Source: Azolla caroliniana (lineage: Eukaryota > Plantae > Polypodiophyta). From it: 64,000 nucleotides of DNA. Both the position numbers and the translations under genes were made by a program. The stretch spans positions 13,454,001-13,518,000 of the forward strand of contig JBHGNT010000015.1 in NCBI GenBank assembly GCA_043228905.1, given 5' to 3'. This document shows positions 62,801 through 64,000 of this stretch, one piece after another (within the stretch, counting starts at the first letter, position 1; each line of letters opens with the position of its first letter). The notes beneath the pieces are model-generated. The model was given only the letters and a program-made list of their open reading frames with translations. It was not told where the DNA came from and did no database searches.

Positions 62801-64000
62801 GCCATGCAATTAAAAACCCTACATCAACATAAAAGGACAATATCCAATTGATGTATTCTTACAACTTTTATAAGCAAACTCCAAAATAGGAAGATATTAT
62901 TGCATTTGGTAGGCTTCTCGGAGACATATACTTGAAGAATATCCTTAATGATTTGATTAACTCATTCTGTTTGTCAATAAGATTGAGGGTGGTATGTGAA
63001 ACTCATGCTCAAAGTAGTTTCTCGTTTCTTAAAGATTTGCGTAACTTAAAAAATTGCAAGTAAACTTAGTATCTCTATCACTCACTATATCTTTCAAGAA
63101 ATCTAGATGATGACGATGAGATCAAATTACAAATCCAATAAGAGATTATAGAGTTGGAGAGACAAAAGTTAATTAAGGACAAACAAGAAATCAACATGGG
63201 TATAAGCAAATTCAAAAGAAATGCCCATAGACGAGATGAGTTCATGAGGGGGGCTAATATATACAACCTTAGAAGGTAAATTGCATGCATATTTTAAATT
63301 CAATATTTACATTATAATATTTGGATATGCAATAGGAGTGTGGGGAGGGCGGTCTCTAGTGAAAGCAACATTTAGGGGTGTGATTTCTCGAAGACTCATT
63401 TTAATATTAATGCTAAATGATATATTATTAATAATCTAAATATTAACTATATACAAATTAATTATAGTGAAGAATATAAAAGATTGTACCTCCAACAATA
63501 CTATGTATCCTGAAAGAGAAACATGATCTCCTTTAAGACCATCTTTATTTGCCATCTTGTCCCAAACTCTTACGAATATCATCTTGATCCCTACATTACG
63601 AAACTAGGATGTACTAATTGTAGGCCTAATATTGTAACATTGATAATATGTCACAAACTTGTAAACTTATTTCCAATAGGTCTCCATTGGAGGGAGATAT
63701 GACTCTGCGATGTCACATTACCTCTTTTTGGAACCACCTACTTCCTAGATGAATCAAGTCAAGGTTCTCATCGAGGATACATGGTGTGTCTTTTTGAGGA
63801 TGACCTTGTGGATCCATGTCCATCGATCCACATAGAAGGTTTGAGGCCATGTTGGAAGTTAGTTCGCTATGAATTTTGAGACATCTTTGGTACATCCTAT
63901 TCAAAGGAAAAAGGAAAAATTTGGAAAAATTTGTAAATGTTATCTAGAATATACCTAAAGTAGAGAAATACATACCTTTCACCACTGTGATTTGCTTGAG

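Noticed and set aside
58141-62830. Target-site duplication for the LINE
   Set aside because: No copy of the sequence next to the poly-T (GAAAACACAAGTAAC) was found at the other end.

Overview
Nuclear DNA of a non-seed land plant, most likely a fern (inferred from unedited plastid codons in an embedded plastid fragment). Positions 1-49.3 kb are one deep stack of nested, decayed LTR retrotransposons whose boundaries resolve almost base-exactly from LTR termini, PBS/PPT and target-site duplications (TSDs). The stack holds three copies of one Ty1/copia family (A1-A3), copia C and D, a Tcn1-like chromovirus (B), a non-chromovirus gypsy with a large extra ORF (E), and five insertions of a gypsy group with TGTCG...CGACA termini (F plus four solo-LTR-like units). 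It ends about 0.5 kb before an intact 8-exon UTP14 gene (49805-54097), followed by AT-rich DNA with tandem duplications and a 5'-truncated L1-type LINE. Main observations: (1) the TGTCG...CGACA insertions make 4-bp TSDs centred on CpG; (2) gypsy E has a tRNA-Arg-like T-arm/acceptor/CCA sequence where its polypurine tract should be; (3) a three-piece plastid mosaic (atpI, trnI intron, rps3) with unedited codons sits inside an LTR; (4) an in-frame gag/pol TAG is shared by all copia A copies; (5) a telomere-repeat filler marks a deletion junction; (6) B carries -1 frameshift and self-priming signals. Family and clade names come from recalled motifs, not database searches.
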